From an uncultured delta proteobacterium (GTDB taxonomy: Bacteria > Myxococcota_A > Polyangia > Polyangiales > Polyangiaceae): 64,000 bases of DNA. Shown here piece after piece: positions 1 to 9,785 of this stretch. The stretch's first letter is position 1. The number at the start of each line of letters is the position of its first letter. A program made the translations under genes and the position numbers. The stretch lies in the NCBI GenBank assembly GCA_963696385.1, contig CAVOKF010000005.1, positions 480,001-544,000 on the forward strand. Direction: 5' to 3'. The notes under the pieces were generated by a model. It saw only the letters and a program-made list of their open reading frames with translations, ran no database searches and was not told the DNA's origin.

Positions 1-2
1 CG

Positions 3-626
3 TCGTACCCGACCCGAACGTCGATCGTGAAGCGGGGGGCCTGGGTGCTCAGCCAGTTGATGTGTTCTGCGCCTCCGCCCCCTCCGCCCAACGTGCCGCC
101 CTTCCCGACCATTACGGTGGACGGGGGTACGCAAGAGCAGATCCTGGCGCTGCACAGCGCGAACCCGGCGTGCGCCGTGTGCCACGAGAGCATGGACAAC
201 ATCGGAAGCGCGCTTGAAAATTACGATGCGGTCGGGGCCTGGCGAACGGAAGACAATGGGGAACCGGTCGATGCCGACGGCATGTTTGCCGGAGCGATCG
301 CCGACCCCGACGGCGGCGTGGGTGCGAAGTTCACCGGCGGGATCCAGCTCGCGGCCGCGGTGGCGGCGGACCCCCGGTTCGTGCCGTGCGTCGCCCAGAA
401 CGTGTTGACCTACTCGCTCGGTCGCGCGCTTGTCGCGACCGACACGCCGTACTTGGCCCAGATCACGACGCCTGCGCAGGGCGGCGGGGCCCTTGGAGTG
501 GGTGACGTGCTGACCAACGTGGTGTCCAACGACACGTTCCGCATGCGTCGCGGAGATCCCACCCCTCTCCCGGACGGGGGAGACACGACCGACCCGACGA
601 CCAACCTGGACGGAGGAACGCAATGA
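3..626 (+). CDS. DUF1592/DUF1588/DUF1585-family (PSD/PSCyt) protein, C-terminal part; begins upstream of the window
   Basis: Frame open from the window edge (SYPTRTSIVKRG...CSAPPPPPPNVP), CAVCH heme motif, ENYDAVGAWR, LTYSLGR; stop overlaps the next ATG (ATGA). Confidence 0.85.
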   Translation, partial: SYPTRTSIVKRGAWVLSQLMCSAPPPPPPNVPPFPTITVDGGTQEQILALHSANPACAVCHESMDNIGSALENYDAVGAWRTEDNGEPVDADGMFAGAIADPDGGVGAKFTGGIQLAAAVAADPRFVPCVAQNVLTYSLGRALVATDTPYLAQITTPAQGGGALGVGDVLTNVVSNDTFRMRRGDPTPLPDGGDTTDPTTNLDGGTQ

Positions 627-2131
627 GCATCACCCGCATTCGCGATAAGAACGTGACCTTCGACGCGAAGGCGCTGGCCGCCGAACGGCGCAACCCCCGC
701 CGGCCGTTGGTGACTCGACGAGCGATCTTACGGGCTGCGGCGGCGTCGATCACGCTGCCGGTGCTCGAGTCGCTTCTCACGCGCTCGGAAGCGCGGGCGC
801 AAGCCGCCTCGCCGCCCATCCGATTTATGAGCTGGTACCTGCCTTGCGGCGTCTGGGGTCCGAGCTGGTTCCCGGCCGATACGGGCGTCAACTACACGCT
901 GAGCTCGACGCTTGCGTCGCTCGCTCCGGTCAAGAGCAAACTGCTGGTGTTTTCGGGCATCCAAAACACACCGGCGGTCAACCCGCAGGGATCGCACGGC
1001 TGTGGGGCCCCGGGCATGACCACGTGCATGCAGGGCCAGAAGCCGCAGATCCAGGTGGGCATTTCCGTCGATCAGGTCTACGCGCAGTCGCTGGGCACGG
1101 CCACGGTCATCCCGTCGATGCAGATTAGCGGCACGACGTCGACCTTCTCGGATACGTCGTACCCGTCGGTGTACAACGGCACGACGTCCTGGGCGAGCGC
1201 GACCCAGCCGCTTCCGCCGGTGTCCAATCCGGCGACCATTTTCAACCAGATCTTTGCCAATACCTCGCCCTCGGGCGACGCCGGCTCGGCCGATGCGTCG
1301 GCCGCGCTCGCGATGCGCAAGGCGCTGCGCAAGAGCGTTCTCGACGAAGTGACGGGCGAAGCCAATTCACTGGTCGCTCGGTTGGGGACGACCGACCGCC
1401 TCAAGGTCGACGAGTACTTGACGAGCGTTCGGGCCGCGGAATTGGCGGTTGAAGCGTCGATGTCGAACACGGTCTCGACCTGCGCCCCGGTCAACGCGGA
1501 TGGCGGAGTGATGACCTCGCCGTCGTTGCCGACGGGCCCTCTGACCAACGGCAACGGGTATCCCATTGCCGACCCGCCGACGCTCACGGCGACGATGATT
1601 CAGCTCATGGCGCTGGCGTTTCAGTGCGACGCCACACGGGTCATCAACTACCAGCAGATGAACGGCGGGCACTCCTCGTATTCGAGTTTGCCCTGGCTCA
1701 ACATCGACCAAGATCACCACGGCCTTTCGCACCACAACGGCAACGTCGCGACCGGCGCGCTGCTGGCTCAGATCGAGGCGTGGGAGATCTCGATGTTCTC
1801 GTCGTTCCTGCAGAAATTGAACGCGATGCCGGAAGGCAGCGGGACGGTACTCGACAACAGCATCATCTTCCTGTCCAACGAAATCTCCGACGGCAACGCG
1901 CACAATCAAGGCACGACCACCTACAGCACGGTGCCCACGTTCACCGCGGCGACGGGCAAGCCCATCCTGATCGCGGGGACTGCCGGCGGAAAACTCATCA
2001 CCGGGCAACAGATCTCGTACAACGCCGAGCCTCAGGCCAACCTGTTTATCACCCTGCTCAATACGCTCGGCGTGCCGACCACGACCTTCGGCGCGGCCGG
2101 CACCGCCCCGCTCACAGGCCTGACGGCCTGA
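623..2131 (+). CDS. DUF1552 (HXXSHH) domain protein, Tat-exported
   Basis: Twin-arginine signal VTRRAILR, ISVDQ, DRLKVDEYLTSVR, ALAFQCDATRV, HHGLSHH, GTVLDNS; coupled to the upstream DUF1592-type gene. Confidence 0.9.
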   Translation: MSITRIRDKNVTFDAKALAAERRNPRRPLVTRRAILRAAAASITLPVLESLLTRSEARAQAASPPIRFMSWYLPCGVWGPSWFPADTGVNYTLSSTLASLAPVKSKLLVFSGIQNTPAVNPQGSHGCGAPGMTTCMQGQKPQIQVGISVDQVYAQSLGTATVIPSMQISGTTSTFSDTSYPSVYNGTTSWASATQPLPPVSNPATIFNQIFANTSPSGDAGSADASAALAMRKALRKSVLDEVTGEANSLVARLGTTDRLKVDEYLTSVRAAELAVEASMSNTVSTCAPVNADGGVMTSPSLPTGPLTNGNGYPIADPPTLTATMIQLMALAFQCDATRVINYQQMNGGHSSYSSLPWLNIDQDHHGLSHHNGNVATGALLAQIEAWEISMFSSFLQKLNAMPEGSGTVLDNSIIFLSNEISDGNAHNQGTTTYSTVPTFTAATGKPILIAGTAGGKLITGQQISYNAEPQANLFITLLNTLGVPTTTFGAAGTAPLTGLTA

Positions 2132-2249
2132 AAGCCCGACTCGCCGCCAGGCAACGCGCGGCGCCGACCGACATCGCGGAGGGGGGGCTCCCGCTTCGAG
2201 GCCCTGCTTGGCCAGCGGCTACGTCGTCGCGTCGCCATGGGTTCCCTTC

Positions 2250-3035
2250 TCAGGGAAGCACAATCCGACCGGGCGCGCAGTTGTCGCCGCCTTGGGTGTG
2301 GCAGAAGTTGCAGTCGGCATTCGTCTGCGGTGCCGTCATGGCGTTGGACTTTCCCTGGTACGAGACGACGGCCGTGAAGGGCATGACAACCGTCTGATCC
2401 GAGTAGAAATTTCCGACCGAGTTTGGGGTCAATGCAATCTTGTTGTTCTGAGCGTCCGTCAAAACCACGGTTGCGCCCTGAACGTCGACGCCGTCGCAGT
2501 AGTCCGGTTCGTGGGCCGTTGGATACACCGTCCCACCGATTGTGAACTGCAACCCATGACAATTGTAGCAGGAATAGCCAGGCTCCATGGTCGGGCCATA
2601 TCCAGACATGTACGTTTTACCGCTCGTGCACTCGACGGGCGTGTTGAACTGCACTCCGCCATCGGTCGGTACTGGCGAGCACGCCATGGAAGAGGACGAT
2701 GAGCTCGTGTCGGACGACGGACCCTCGGCGGACGTGTTCGCGCTGGATGACACACTCGCGCTGGATGACACACTCGCGCTGGACCCAGTTGCAACTCCGC
2801 CCAGATACGCCGGTGCGGAGCCGCCGATCACGAGAGGCGTATTCGTCGAGCTCGAAACGCCTCCCGCTTCACCCGCGTCCGCGCCGACGGTAGCCATAGA
2901 CGTTGCGGGCACCCCATTGCCGTCAGGCATGTCGACGGTTGCAGGGATGTCGACGGCAGGCCCCAGGGAGCAGCCACCGACAGCGGTCCCGAGAACCGCG
3001 GCGAGGCGCCAGCCGCTTGTCCGCAGCAAGCTCAT
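2250..3035 (-). CDS. Putative di-heme c lipoprotein with Ser-rich linker
   Basis: Lipobox-like AVGGC, two CxxCH motifs (CYNCH, CNFCH), FTIGGTVYPTAHEP; start taken at ATG 3035. Confidence 0.65.
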   Translation of the reverse strand: MSLLRTSGWRLAAVLGTAVGGCSLGPAVDIPATVDMPDGNGVPATSMATVGADAGEAGGVSSSTNTPLVIGGSAPAYLGGVATGSSASVSSSASVSSSANTSAEGPSSDTSSSSSSMACSPVPTDGGVQFNTPVECTSGKTYMSGYGPTMEPGYSCYNCHGLQFTIGGTVYPTAHEPDYCDGVDVQGATVVLTDAQNNKIALTPNSVGNFYSDQTVVMPFTAVVSYQGKSNAMTAPQTNADCNFCHTQGGDNCAPGRIVLP

Positions 3036-3502
3036 GAGCTGCAGTCCACGATGCAGTCGAAACGTCGGCGTTTCGAGCATACGGGACGCGCGTCGCGTCG
3101 CGGACGCAAACGACGGATCGATTCATCGTCAACGCAGAGTTCTGGTGTGAATACCATAAGAGCGAAGCTCCCGGATGCACGCGTGGGACAACCCCTGGGT
3201 GCAGTGCCATGGGGGCAAGGCTTCGGCTCAGGCCCGCACGGGGATTCTGCGCACAGGCTTTGCCAATTCGGGAGCGATCCCGGTGGTGCGGAGCGACCAA
3301 GCTCGCCGGCATGCGACGCCGAGCTTGAAGCGGAGGTTTATCACGGCTCCGATGATCCGGCCGCCGCCTGGGGTTCTGTGTCAGACTTGGCCCTGGCGGG
3401 CGCCGTGGGTGCGGCGCGTGGGCGCCGCGTGGGTCGTGCGTGGCTACTAGCCCGGTATAAGAGTGGGATCACCCCGGGCCAGTCCAATGGAAAGGAAGCC
3501 GG

Positions 3503-4087
3503 GTGAGGCGAATCGGTATCGCTGGGGGCGCTCTGGGGATGCTCGCATGGGTCGGTGCGGGATGCGGGTCCCCGGCCGCTGAAGGCACGGCTGCCTGTGC
3601 GCCGGCGTGCGGGTTGGAGCTGGTGTGCGATCGGAGCGAGCAGGCGTGCGTCGACCCCAACTGGGCCGAGTGGCCCATGCCCAATGCTCAGGTCGATGTG
3701 ACGGCGGGGGCTCCCAACCCGGAAAGCTACACCGACAACGGGGACGGCACCGTCACCGACAATGTGACCGGTCTCGTCTGGCAGCAGTCGGCACCCCTGA
3801 TCCAGTACACCCAGACGGCGGCTCTCGCGCATTGTGCCGCGCTGAGCCTGGGCGGCCATGCCGATTGGCGCCTTCCATCGGTCGTCGAGTTGGTCTCCAT
3901 CGTCGACTCGACCACGTACAATCCGAGCATAGACGGCACGGTCTTTCCCGGCACGCCAGTGGACTACTTCTGGTCTTCGACGCCCTATGCGGGTGCCGCC
4001 GACAGCGCGTGGGGCGTCTACTTCAACAACGGCTACACGGACTATAACGGGGTGTCGATTATTTACTCCGTTCGTTGCGTTCGTTGA
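3503..4087 (+). CDS. DUF1566 (Lcl C-terminal, C-type lectin-like) lipoprotein
   Basis: DNGDGTVTDNVTGLVWQ, WRLPSVVEL, YFWSST, VRCVR; lipobox VGAGC. Confidence 0.9.
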   Translation: MRRIGIAGGALGMLAWVGAGCGSPAAEGTAACAPACGLELVCDRSEQACVDPNWAEWPMPNAQVDVTAGAPNPESYTDNGDGTVTDNVTGLVWQQSAPLIQYTQTAALAHCAALSLGGHADWRLPSVVELVSIVDSTTYNPSIDGTVFPGTPVDYFWSSTPYAGAADSAWGVYFNNGYTDYNGVSIIYSVRCVR

Positions 4088-4119
4088 CGATGCGCGTTCT
4101 GAAGACAAGAGGACATCCC

Positions 4120-4581
4120 ATGAAGCGTCCTGGTGCCCGTCTTTTCGTCGTTGCGGTTTTCGCTGCGGTCCTTGCGACTGGAGTTGCGGGTCGCGCGTCC
4201 GCGCCGGCCGGGCACTATGCGACGGCCAACGGTACCGTTTACGACACCAAGACGAAGCTCACGTGGCAGCAAGCCGCTTCGTCCTCGACCTACACGCAGC
4301 CGGCCGCTGTGAGTTATTGCGCGGCGCTGGCCCTGAACGGTGCGACATGGCGCCTTCCGACGATGAAGGAGCTTCTGACGATTGTGGACCTTTCGGTGTC
4401 CCCCCCGGGGCCGACGATCGATTCCACGGCGTTTCCCGGCACCCCGCCGGACTACTTTTGGTCCTCGACGCCGTATGCCGGCACGGTCGGCAGCGCGTGG
4501 TCCGTCCTTTTCTACTATGGACTCTCGTATGGCAACGACGTGACGAATACGAGCTACGTTCGTTGCGTGCAGGCGGGATGA
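4120..4581 (+). CDS. DUF1566 (Lcl C-terminal) secreted protein, paralog of the upstream gene
   Basis: Signal peptide, GTVYDTKTKLTWQ, WRLPTMKEL, YFWSST, VRCV; GAGGA upstream of ATG 4120. Confidence 0.9.
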   Translation: MKRPGARLFVVAVFAAVLATGVAGRASAPAGHYATANGTVYDTKTKLTWQQAASSSTYTQPAAVSYCAALALNGATWRLPTMKELLTIVDLSVSPPGPTIDSTAFPGTPPDYFWSSTPYAGTVGSAWSVLFYYGLSYGNDVTNTSYVRCVQAG

Positions 4582-4648
4582 CCCGCCGGCGATTGGATCG
4601 TTGGGAGCCGTCGTGTGGACCCTGATCGGCTCGGGCGAGGACGGTTGT

Positions 4649-5494
4649 CTACCGGCCCAACCGCGCGCAGTCGCTTTGCCGGCCGAGAGGCACCAAGGTC
4701 GCGCCGCCGAAAAGCTGCCCGTGCAAGGCGTGAGACGAACAATCCCGCGCGCCTCCGTCGAACGCGTATCCGGCGACAAGTGTGGGATCCGTGCAGTCTC
4801 CCAACGGTGCTCCATCCGCGATTTCGTGGACCGACAGCACTCGGCTCCACAGGCCGACCTCGTCGATGAATCCGTGGAAATAACGTCCGTTGAAGGTCAG
4901 GCTCTCCCCGATCGTGATCGGACCTTCGTTGCCGACGCGGGCGACTCCCGGGATCGGTCGCTGGGCTTCGAGGACTCCATCGACATAAAGGGCGATCCGA
5001 TCGCCGGCGCGATACGTCGCGACCACCTGATGCCACGCACGCAGAGCGACGGCCGACGTCGAGATCACCGTGTTGGGTCGGCCGATCGCGACGTAGAAGT
5101 GAAAGCGGTTGTCGGGCTCGGCCAGCAGGTCGAGGTCTCGGGCGAAGCCCGACTTGCCGACGATATGGAACATGCGGCCGGCCGTCGAAGGCAACTCGTC
5201 GAAGTAGACCCATGCCGAAAGCGTCGCCTCGACGGCGAACGGGTCGGCAATCGGCACGGGCGCCGCCAAGTAACCGCCGGCGCCGTTGAGCGCGAGCGCT
5301 AGGTTGCACTCCTTCGTGGCGTCGTCGGTGTTCGTGCGTTCTCGACGCACGGACCGCTCTGCGGTCGGCACGGCAGCCGCGGTCTCGGCGGGCGCGCTCT
5401 CGACCCCGGGCCATTCCGCTTCGCCCGGCGTGCAACCTGCGATCGCGGCACCGAAAGCCGTGACGATGACTCGGCAAAGGTCAGGTGGCCCCAT
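4649..5494 (-). CDS. LamG/concanavalin A-like jelly-roll domain lipoprotein
   Basis: TLSAWVY, WHQVVATY, IALYVDG, FHGFIDEVGLWSRVLS; lipobox-like IAGC. Confidence 0.8.
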   Translation of the reverse strand: MGPPDLCRVIVTAFGAAIAGCTPGEAEWPGVESAPAETAAAVPTAERSVRRERTNTDDATKECNLALALNGAGGYLAAPVPIADPFAVEATLSAWVYFDELPSTAGRMFHIVGKSGFARDLDLLAEPDNRFHFYVAIGRPNTVISTSAVALRAWHQVVATYRAGDRIALYVDGVLEAQRPIPGVARVGNEGPITIGESLTFNGRYFHGFIDEVGLWSRVLSVHEIADGAPLGDCTDPTLVAGYAFDGGARDCSSHALHGQLFGGATLVPLGRQSDCARLGR

Positions 5495-5504
5495 GGCACG
5501 GTCG

Positions 5505-6005
5505 TCAATCACCCAGGTGCACGTGCGCTTCGCGCGGGGCGAGCAACGCCGCCCGCAGCGACGGCTGGGTCGTGAGCATACGTACGCACCGGTTCCAGCG
5601 CAAAAGCGGATCCGGCAGATCCGGCCGCAAGGCCTCCGCCTTCTCGTAGAGCCGCAGAGCATTCTCGAACCCCGTGACGGAGCTGTGCGCCTCGCTTCGC
5701 TCCAAGTGAGCCTTGGCGGCGCGCTCCCACGCAACTCCGAGGTGATACGTGCGCTCGTACTCGTCCGACAAATGCTCGAAGGCCTGGATCGCTTGCTCGA
5801 GCAGCGCGGGTTGCGCCGATCTCAAGCGGTCCGTCAGCGCTAGTCCGAGCAGTTTCCATGCCGATTGGTGCTCGCTCTCCACGTCGAGAACGTCCAGACA
5901 GATGCTTTCGGCCTCCTCGGGCTGGTTCAGGTCGCGGTAGTGCTCGGCCTTCTCGATGGCGGCGCCCAGGTTCTCGCGCCGTAGCCGCTTCAGATTCAAT
6001 GCCAT
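5505..6005 (-). CDS. Small helical TPR-like protein immediately downstream of sdhB
   Basis: MALNLKRL...AIEKAEHYRDLNQPEEAESICLDVL...LLRWNRCVR; 13 bp after the sdhB stop, same strand. Confidence 0.7.
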   Translation of the reverse strand: MALNLKRLRRENLGAAIEKAEHYRDLNQPEEAESICLDVLDVESEHQSAWKLLGLALTDRLRSAQPALLEQAIQAFEHLSDEYERTYHLGVAWERAAKAHLERSEAHSSVTGFENALRLYEKAEALRPDLPDPLLRWNRCVRMLTTQPSLRAALLAPREAHVHLGD

Positions 6006-6018
6006 CGTCAGCCTCCGA

Positions 6019-6858
6019 TCAATCGTGGCCACTCGGTTTGATGGCGGGGCCGACGGCCTTGGGGGGAGGCCCGCCCGGAGCAACGATCGGCAACCTCGTC
6101 CTTCGCCTCTCGTCCGCGCCCGTCACCTTGTTCACGGCCCAACGGATCGGATCGAAGTAGGCGTCCGCCACCCGCTCTTTCAACGGGATGATCCCGTTGT
6201 CCGTGATGTGGATGTTTTCCGGGCACACTTCGCTGCAGCACTTGGTGATGTTGCAATAGCCGATTTTGAACTCGTCCTTGACGAGCGCACGGCGATCGAT
6301 CGTATCCAAAGGGTGCATGTCCAGTGTCGCCAGGTGGATCAGGAACCGAGGGCCGGCGAAGTCGGCTTTCTTGTGATCGCGGATGACGTGGCACACGTCC
6401 TGGCAGAGAAAGCACTCGATGCATTTCCGAAACTCTTGGATGCGATCGATGTCGCGCTGCTGCATGCGCCACGTCCCGTCCGCATCCCGCGGGCGAGGCT
6501 TGAAGGGGGGGATTTTCTTCGCCATCTCGAAGTTGAAGGAGACGTCGGTCACCAGGTCCTTGATGACGGGGAAAGCACGCATCGGCGTGACGGTGATCGG
6601 TTCGCCCTCCGGGAAGTGGGACATGCGGGTCATGCACAATAGGCGCGGCTTTCCGTTGACTTCGGCGCTGCAGGACCCGCACCGGCCCGCCTTGCAATTC
6701 CAGCGCACCGCGAGCGTCGGCTCCTGTTTGGCCTGCACCTCGTGGATCGCGTCGAGCACCACCATGCCCGGATAGGTGTCGACCTGGTAGGTCTGGAGCG
6801 CTCCGCCCTCGGCGTCTCCCCGGAACAGTTGGAGGGTCGCGTTCTGGCTCATCGTCAT
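6019..6858 (-). CDS. sdhB: Succinate dehydrogenase/fumarate reductase iron-sulfur subunit
   Basis: RWNCKAGRCGSC, CIECFLCQDVC, CNITKCCSEVC; ATGA overlap with the sdhA stop. Confidence 0.95.
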   Translation of the reverse strand: MTMSQNATLQLFRGDAEGGALQTYQVDTYPGMVVLDAIHEVQAKQEPTLAVRWNCKAGRCGSCSAEVNGKPRLLCMTRMSHFPEGEPITVTPMRAFPVIKDLVTDVSFNFEMAKKIPPFKPRPRDADGTWRMQQRDIDRIQEFRKCIECFLCQDVCHVIRDHKKADFAGPRFLIHLATLDMHPLDTIDRRALVKDEFKIGYCNITKCCSEVCPENIHITDNGIIPLKERVADAYFDPIRWAVNKVTGADERRRTRLPIVAPGGPPPKAVGPAIKPSGHD

Positions 6859-8678
6859 GACTCCTCGAGTACCTTTCGAATTTCCGGGGGCGGATCGGGG
6901 TGTGCCGTCTCCTCGATGTGCATGCGAAACGCGGCGCGGCGGGCCACGATGTTCACTTTCGAGAAGTGCCCCCGGTCCATCTCGGGGAAGTCCTCGCGCG
7001 CGTGTCCGCCACGGCTCTCTTTTCGTGCGAGCGCGGCGCGCGCCATCGCCTCGCTGACGACGAGCATGTTGCGCATGTCGAACACCTGGTGCCAAGAGGG
7101 ATTGTAGTGCCGGTTTCCGTCGACTTTCGCGCGCGACACTTCGTCCTTCAACCGCTCCACGTGGTCGAGCCCCTTCAGGAGGTCTCCTTCGTTGCGGATG
7201 ATTCCGACGAACGCTTGCATCTTGTCCTTCAGGTCTTCGTGCAAAGCAAATGGGTTGGGGCCGCTTTCGCGTTCGAACGGCTGCAGCGCTTCGCGGGCGG
7301 CTTGGTCGATCTCGATCTCGTCGAGCCTCGCGAAGTCGGCTCGCTTGGCATACTTCGCCGCGTGCAGGCCTGCGATGCGCCCGAAGACCAGCAGATCCGA
7401 CAGCGAATTGCCGCCGAGCCGATTGGCCCCGTGCATGCCTGCGGCGCATTCTCCGGCCGCGAAAAGGCCCCTGATTCGCGACTCCTGCGTCTCCGGGTCG
7501 ACGCGAATGCCGCCCATCGTATAGTGGGCCGTGGGCCCGACCTCCATCGGCTCTTTCGTGATGTCGACGTCGCCGAGCTCTTTGAACTGGTGATACATGG
7601 CCGGTAGCTTGCGTCGGATATCTTCGGCGCTCCGGCGTGTGGCGATGTCGAGGAAGACCCCTCCGTGCGGGCTGCCGCGCCCCGCCCGGACCTCGCTGTG
7701 GATGGCCCGGGCCACGATGTCGCGCGGCAGCAGATCGGGGGTACGACGGGCCTTCGACGCGCTGCCCGAAGTGCTCTCGCGGAGCCACTGGTCGGCTTCC
7801 TGTTCGGTGCTCGCCGTCTCGTTGGCGTAAAGCTCCGGGATGTAGTCGAACATGATTCGCCGGCCCGTCTGGTTGCGGAGGGTTCCCCCCTCGCCGCGCA
7901 CCCCCTCGGTGATGAGCGTGCCCCGCACGCTCGGCGGCCACACCATGCCCGTCGGGTGGAATTGCATGAACTCCATGTCCATGAGTTCCGCGCCGGCCAG
8001 GTAGGCGAGCGCCTGGCCGTCGCCCGTGCATTCCCATGAGTTCGAGTTGATCCGGAAGCAACGTCCGATCCCGCCCGTGGCCAACACCACGGCCTTCGCG
8101 TGGAAGAGGACGAAGCGCCCGCTGTCACGCCAATAGCCGAACGCGCCGCGGATTCGTTCTCCGTCGGTCAGGAGTCTCGTGATGGTGCATTCCATGTAGA
8201 CCTGCATCCCGCAGTGGATGCCGTGCTGCTGCAGGGTGCGGATCATCTCTAGACCCGTGCGGTCACCGACGTGCGCCAGGCGGGGGTATTTGTGACCCCC
8301 GAAGTTGCGCTGCAGGATGCGCCCGTCCGAGGTGCGATCGAAAAGCGCGCCCCAGGCTTCGAGCTCCTTCACCCGATCCGGCGCCTCCATGGCGTGCAGT
8401 TGCGCCATCCTCCACTGGTTCAAGTACCGGCCGCCCTTCATCGTGTCGCGGAAGTGAACCTGCCAGTTGTCCTTCGGCTCGACGTATCCGAGTGCCGCAG
8501 CGACGCCCCCCTCCGCCATCACCGTGTGGGCCTTTCCGAGCAGCGACTTGCACACGAGTCCTACGCGGAGTCCGTCCGCGCTGGCTTCGATGGCGGCTCG
8601 CAAGCCCGCGCCGCCCGCGCCGATGATCAGCACGTCGTGTTCATGCGTTTCGAAATTGGTGTTCGCGTCTCGCGACAT
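6855..8678 (-). CDS. sdhA: Succinate dehydrogenase/fumarate reductase flavoprotein subunit
   Basis: IIGAGGAGLRAA, KAHTVMAEGG (covalent-FAD His), QFHPTG, TEGVRGEGG, HYTMGG, HGANRLGGNSL, ESRGGH. Confidence 0.97.
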   Translation of the reverse strand: MSRDANTNFETHEHDVLIIGAGGAGLRAAIEASADGLRVGLVCKSLLGKAHTVMAEGGVAAALGYVEPKDNWQVHFRDTMKGGRYLNQWRMAQLHAMEAPDRVKELEAWGALFDRTSDGRILQRNFGGHKYPRLAHVGDRTGLEMIRTLQQHGIHCGMQVYMECTITRLLTDGERIRGAFGYWRDSGRFVLFHAKAVVLATGGIGRCFRINSNSWECTGDGQALAYLAGAELMDMEFMQFHPTGMVWPPSVRGTLITEGVRGEGGTLRNQTGRRIMFDYIPELYANETASTEQEADQWLRESTSGSASKARRTPDLLPRDIVARAIHSEVRAGRGSPHGGVFLDIATRRSAEDIRRKLPAMYHQFKELGDVDITKEPMEVGPTAHYTMGGIRVDPETQESRIRGLFAAGECAAGMHGANRLGGNSLSDLLVFGRIAGLHAAKYAKRADFARLDEIEIDQAAREALQPFERESGPNPFALHEDLKDKMQAFVGIIRNEGDLLKGLDHVERLKDEVSRAKVDGNRHYNPSWHQVFDMRNMLVVSEAMARAALARKESRGGHAREDFPEMDRGHFSKVNIVARRAAFRMHIEETAHPDPPPEIRKVLEES

Positions 8679-8761
8679 CCTGAGTACCTCGGCGTGGCGT
8701 GATGGGTGACTCGGCGAGAGGCGGCGAGTCGGGCTGCGAGCGAAAGGCGGAGGGCGGAACT

Positions 8762-9532
8762 TTAGAAGATCCTGACGTCGGTCAGGTTTCCGGTCGCCAC
8801 GGAGCGAATGTAGAGGTCGGTGAGCCCGACGGAGAAGAGACTCATCCACGCGAAGATCATGTGTCGCTCGTTCAACACGGTCACGAGCTTCCACAGCGCG
8901 TGGCGTACGCCCCCGAGCGGTACGGTCGAGTAGCTGTTCACGCCGCCGCCGACGAGGTGTCGAAAGCTGTGGCAGCCCAACGTGTAGCCGCTCAAGAGAA
9001 CGACGTTCGTGATCATGACGATCGTCCCGACCCCGGCGTGCACGCCATCCTGCCATCCCACCAGGGCGAGGATGGCGTCTTTCCAAAGGATGACCAAAAA
9101 CACGAGGGCCACGTAAAGCGCGTAGCGATGCAGGTTCTGAAACAACAGCAACTTGGTCTCGCCCTGGTATCGATGAGCCTTGCGCTCTCCGACGGCGCAC
9201 GCGGGTGGGTCCCAAGCGAACGCGCGGTAGTACGCCTTGCGGTAATAATAACAAGTGAACCGAAAGCTCAAGGGACCGGGCAAGATCAGCATCGCCGGGG
9301 TGAAGAACCCGAGCCCCCAGGATCGAGCCCAGTGGACGTCGAAGAACGGGGAATAGAACGGCGACAAGTACGCATTCCACTCGTACGCGCGTCCTTCGAA
9401 GGTGCGCCATGTCGCGTACGCAATGAATCCGCCCAAAACGAGAACCGTTGCCGCCGGGCCGACCCACCAAGCATCTTTGCGCAACGTTCCGCCGAACTCG
9501 GCAACCGGCAAGTGTACGGTCTTATTGGCCAT
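8762..9532 (-). CDS. Membrane anchor of an actinobacterial-type (Sdh1, Rv0249c-like) succinate dehydrogenase
   Basis: Multiple TM segments; YLSPFYSP, FRFTCYYYRKAYYRAF, NLHRY, YTLGCHSFRHL, ERHMIFAW; first gene of the sdh operon. Confidence 0.85.
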   Translation of the reverse strand: MANKTVHLPVAEFGGTLRKDAWWVGPAATVLVLGGFIAYATWRTFEGRAYEWNAYLSPFYSPFFDVHWARSWGLGFFTPAMLILPGPLSFRFTCYYYRKAYYRAFAWDPPACAVGERKAHRYQGETKLLLFQNLHRYALYVALVFLVILWKDAILALVGWQDGVHAGVGTIVMITNVVLLSGYTLGCHSFRHLVGGGVNSYSTVPLGGVRHALWKLVTVLNERHMIFAWMSLFSVGLTDLYIRSVATGNLTDVRIF

Positions 9533-9785
9533 CTCTTTCGTGGGCGTGACCCTATCCCCGAGAAGTCGGTTCCGGCAAGGGGAAGAGCCGCTGGGCCCAG
9601 TGGGCCATTCCGCAAGTCCGTGCGAATCAATAAGTGCAATGGTTCTTGCGGGATGGGCCACTGGCAAAGCCGCGGGAGCGGCTTGGGGGTAAGGCGCGGA
9701 GCCCGCGAAGAACAAGGCTAGTGGTCCGTTTGCGCTGCGCAGCAGCGCGCCGCGGATGGGCCCGCGGCGACTTCCGAACGGACCA

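Noticed and set aside
2741..2782. 18-bp direct repeat in the di-heme lipoprotein gene
   Set aside because: Simple in-frame duplication (SSSASV) within a low-complexity linker
6019..9470. Long N-terminal extensions on sdhB (680 aa) and sdhA (871 aa) in the ORF track
   Set aside because: The extensions are alternative frames of the upstream genes; real starts are at 6858 and 8678
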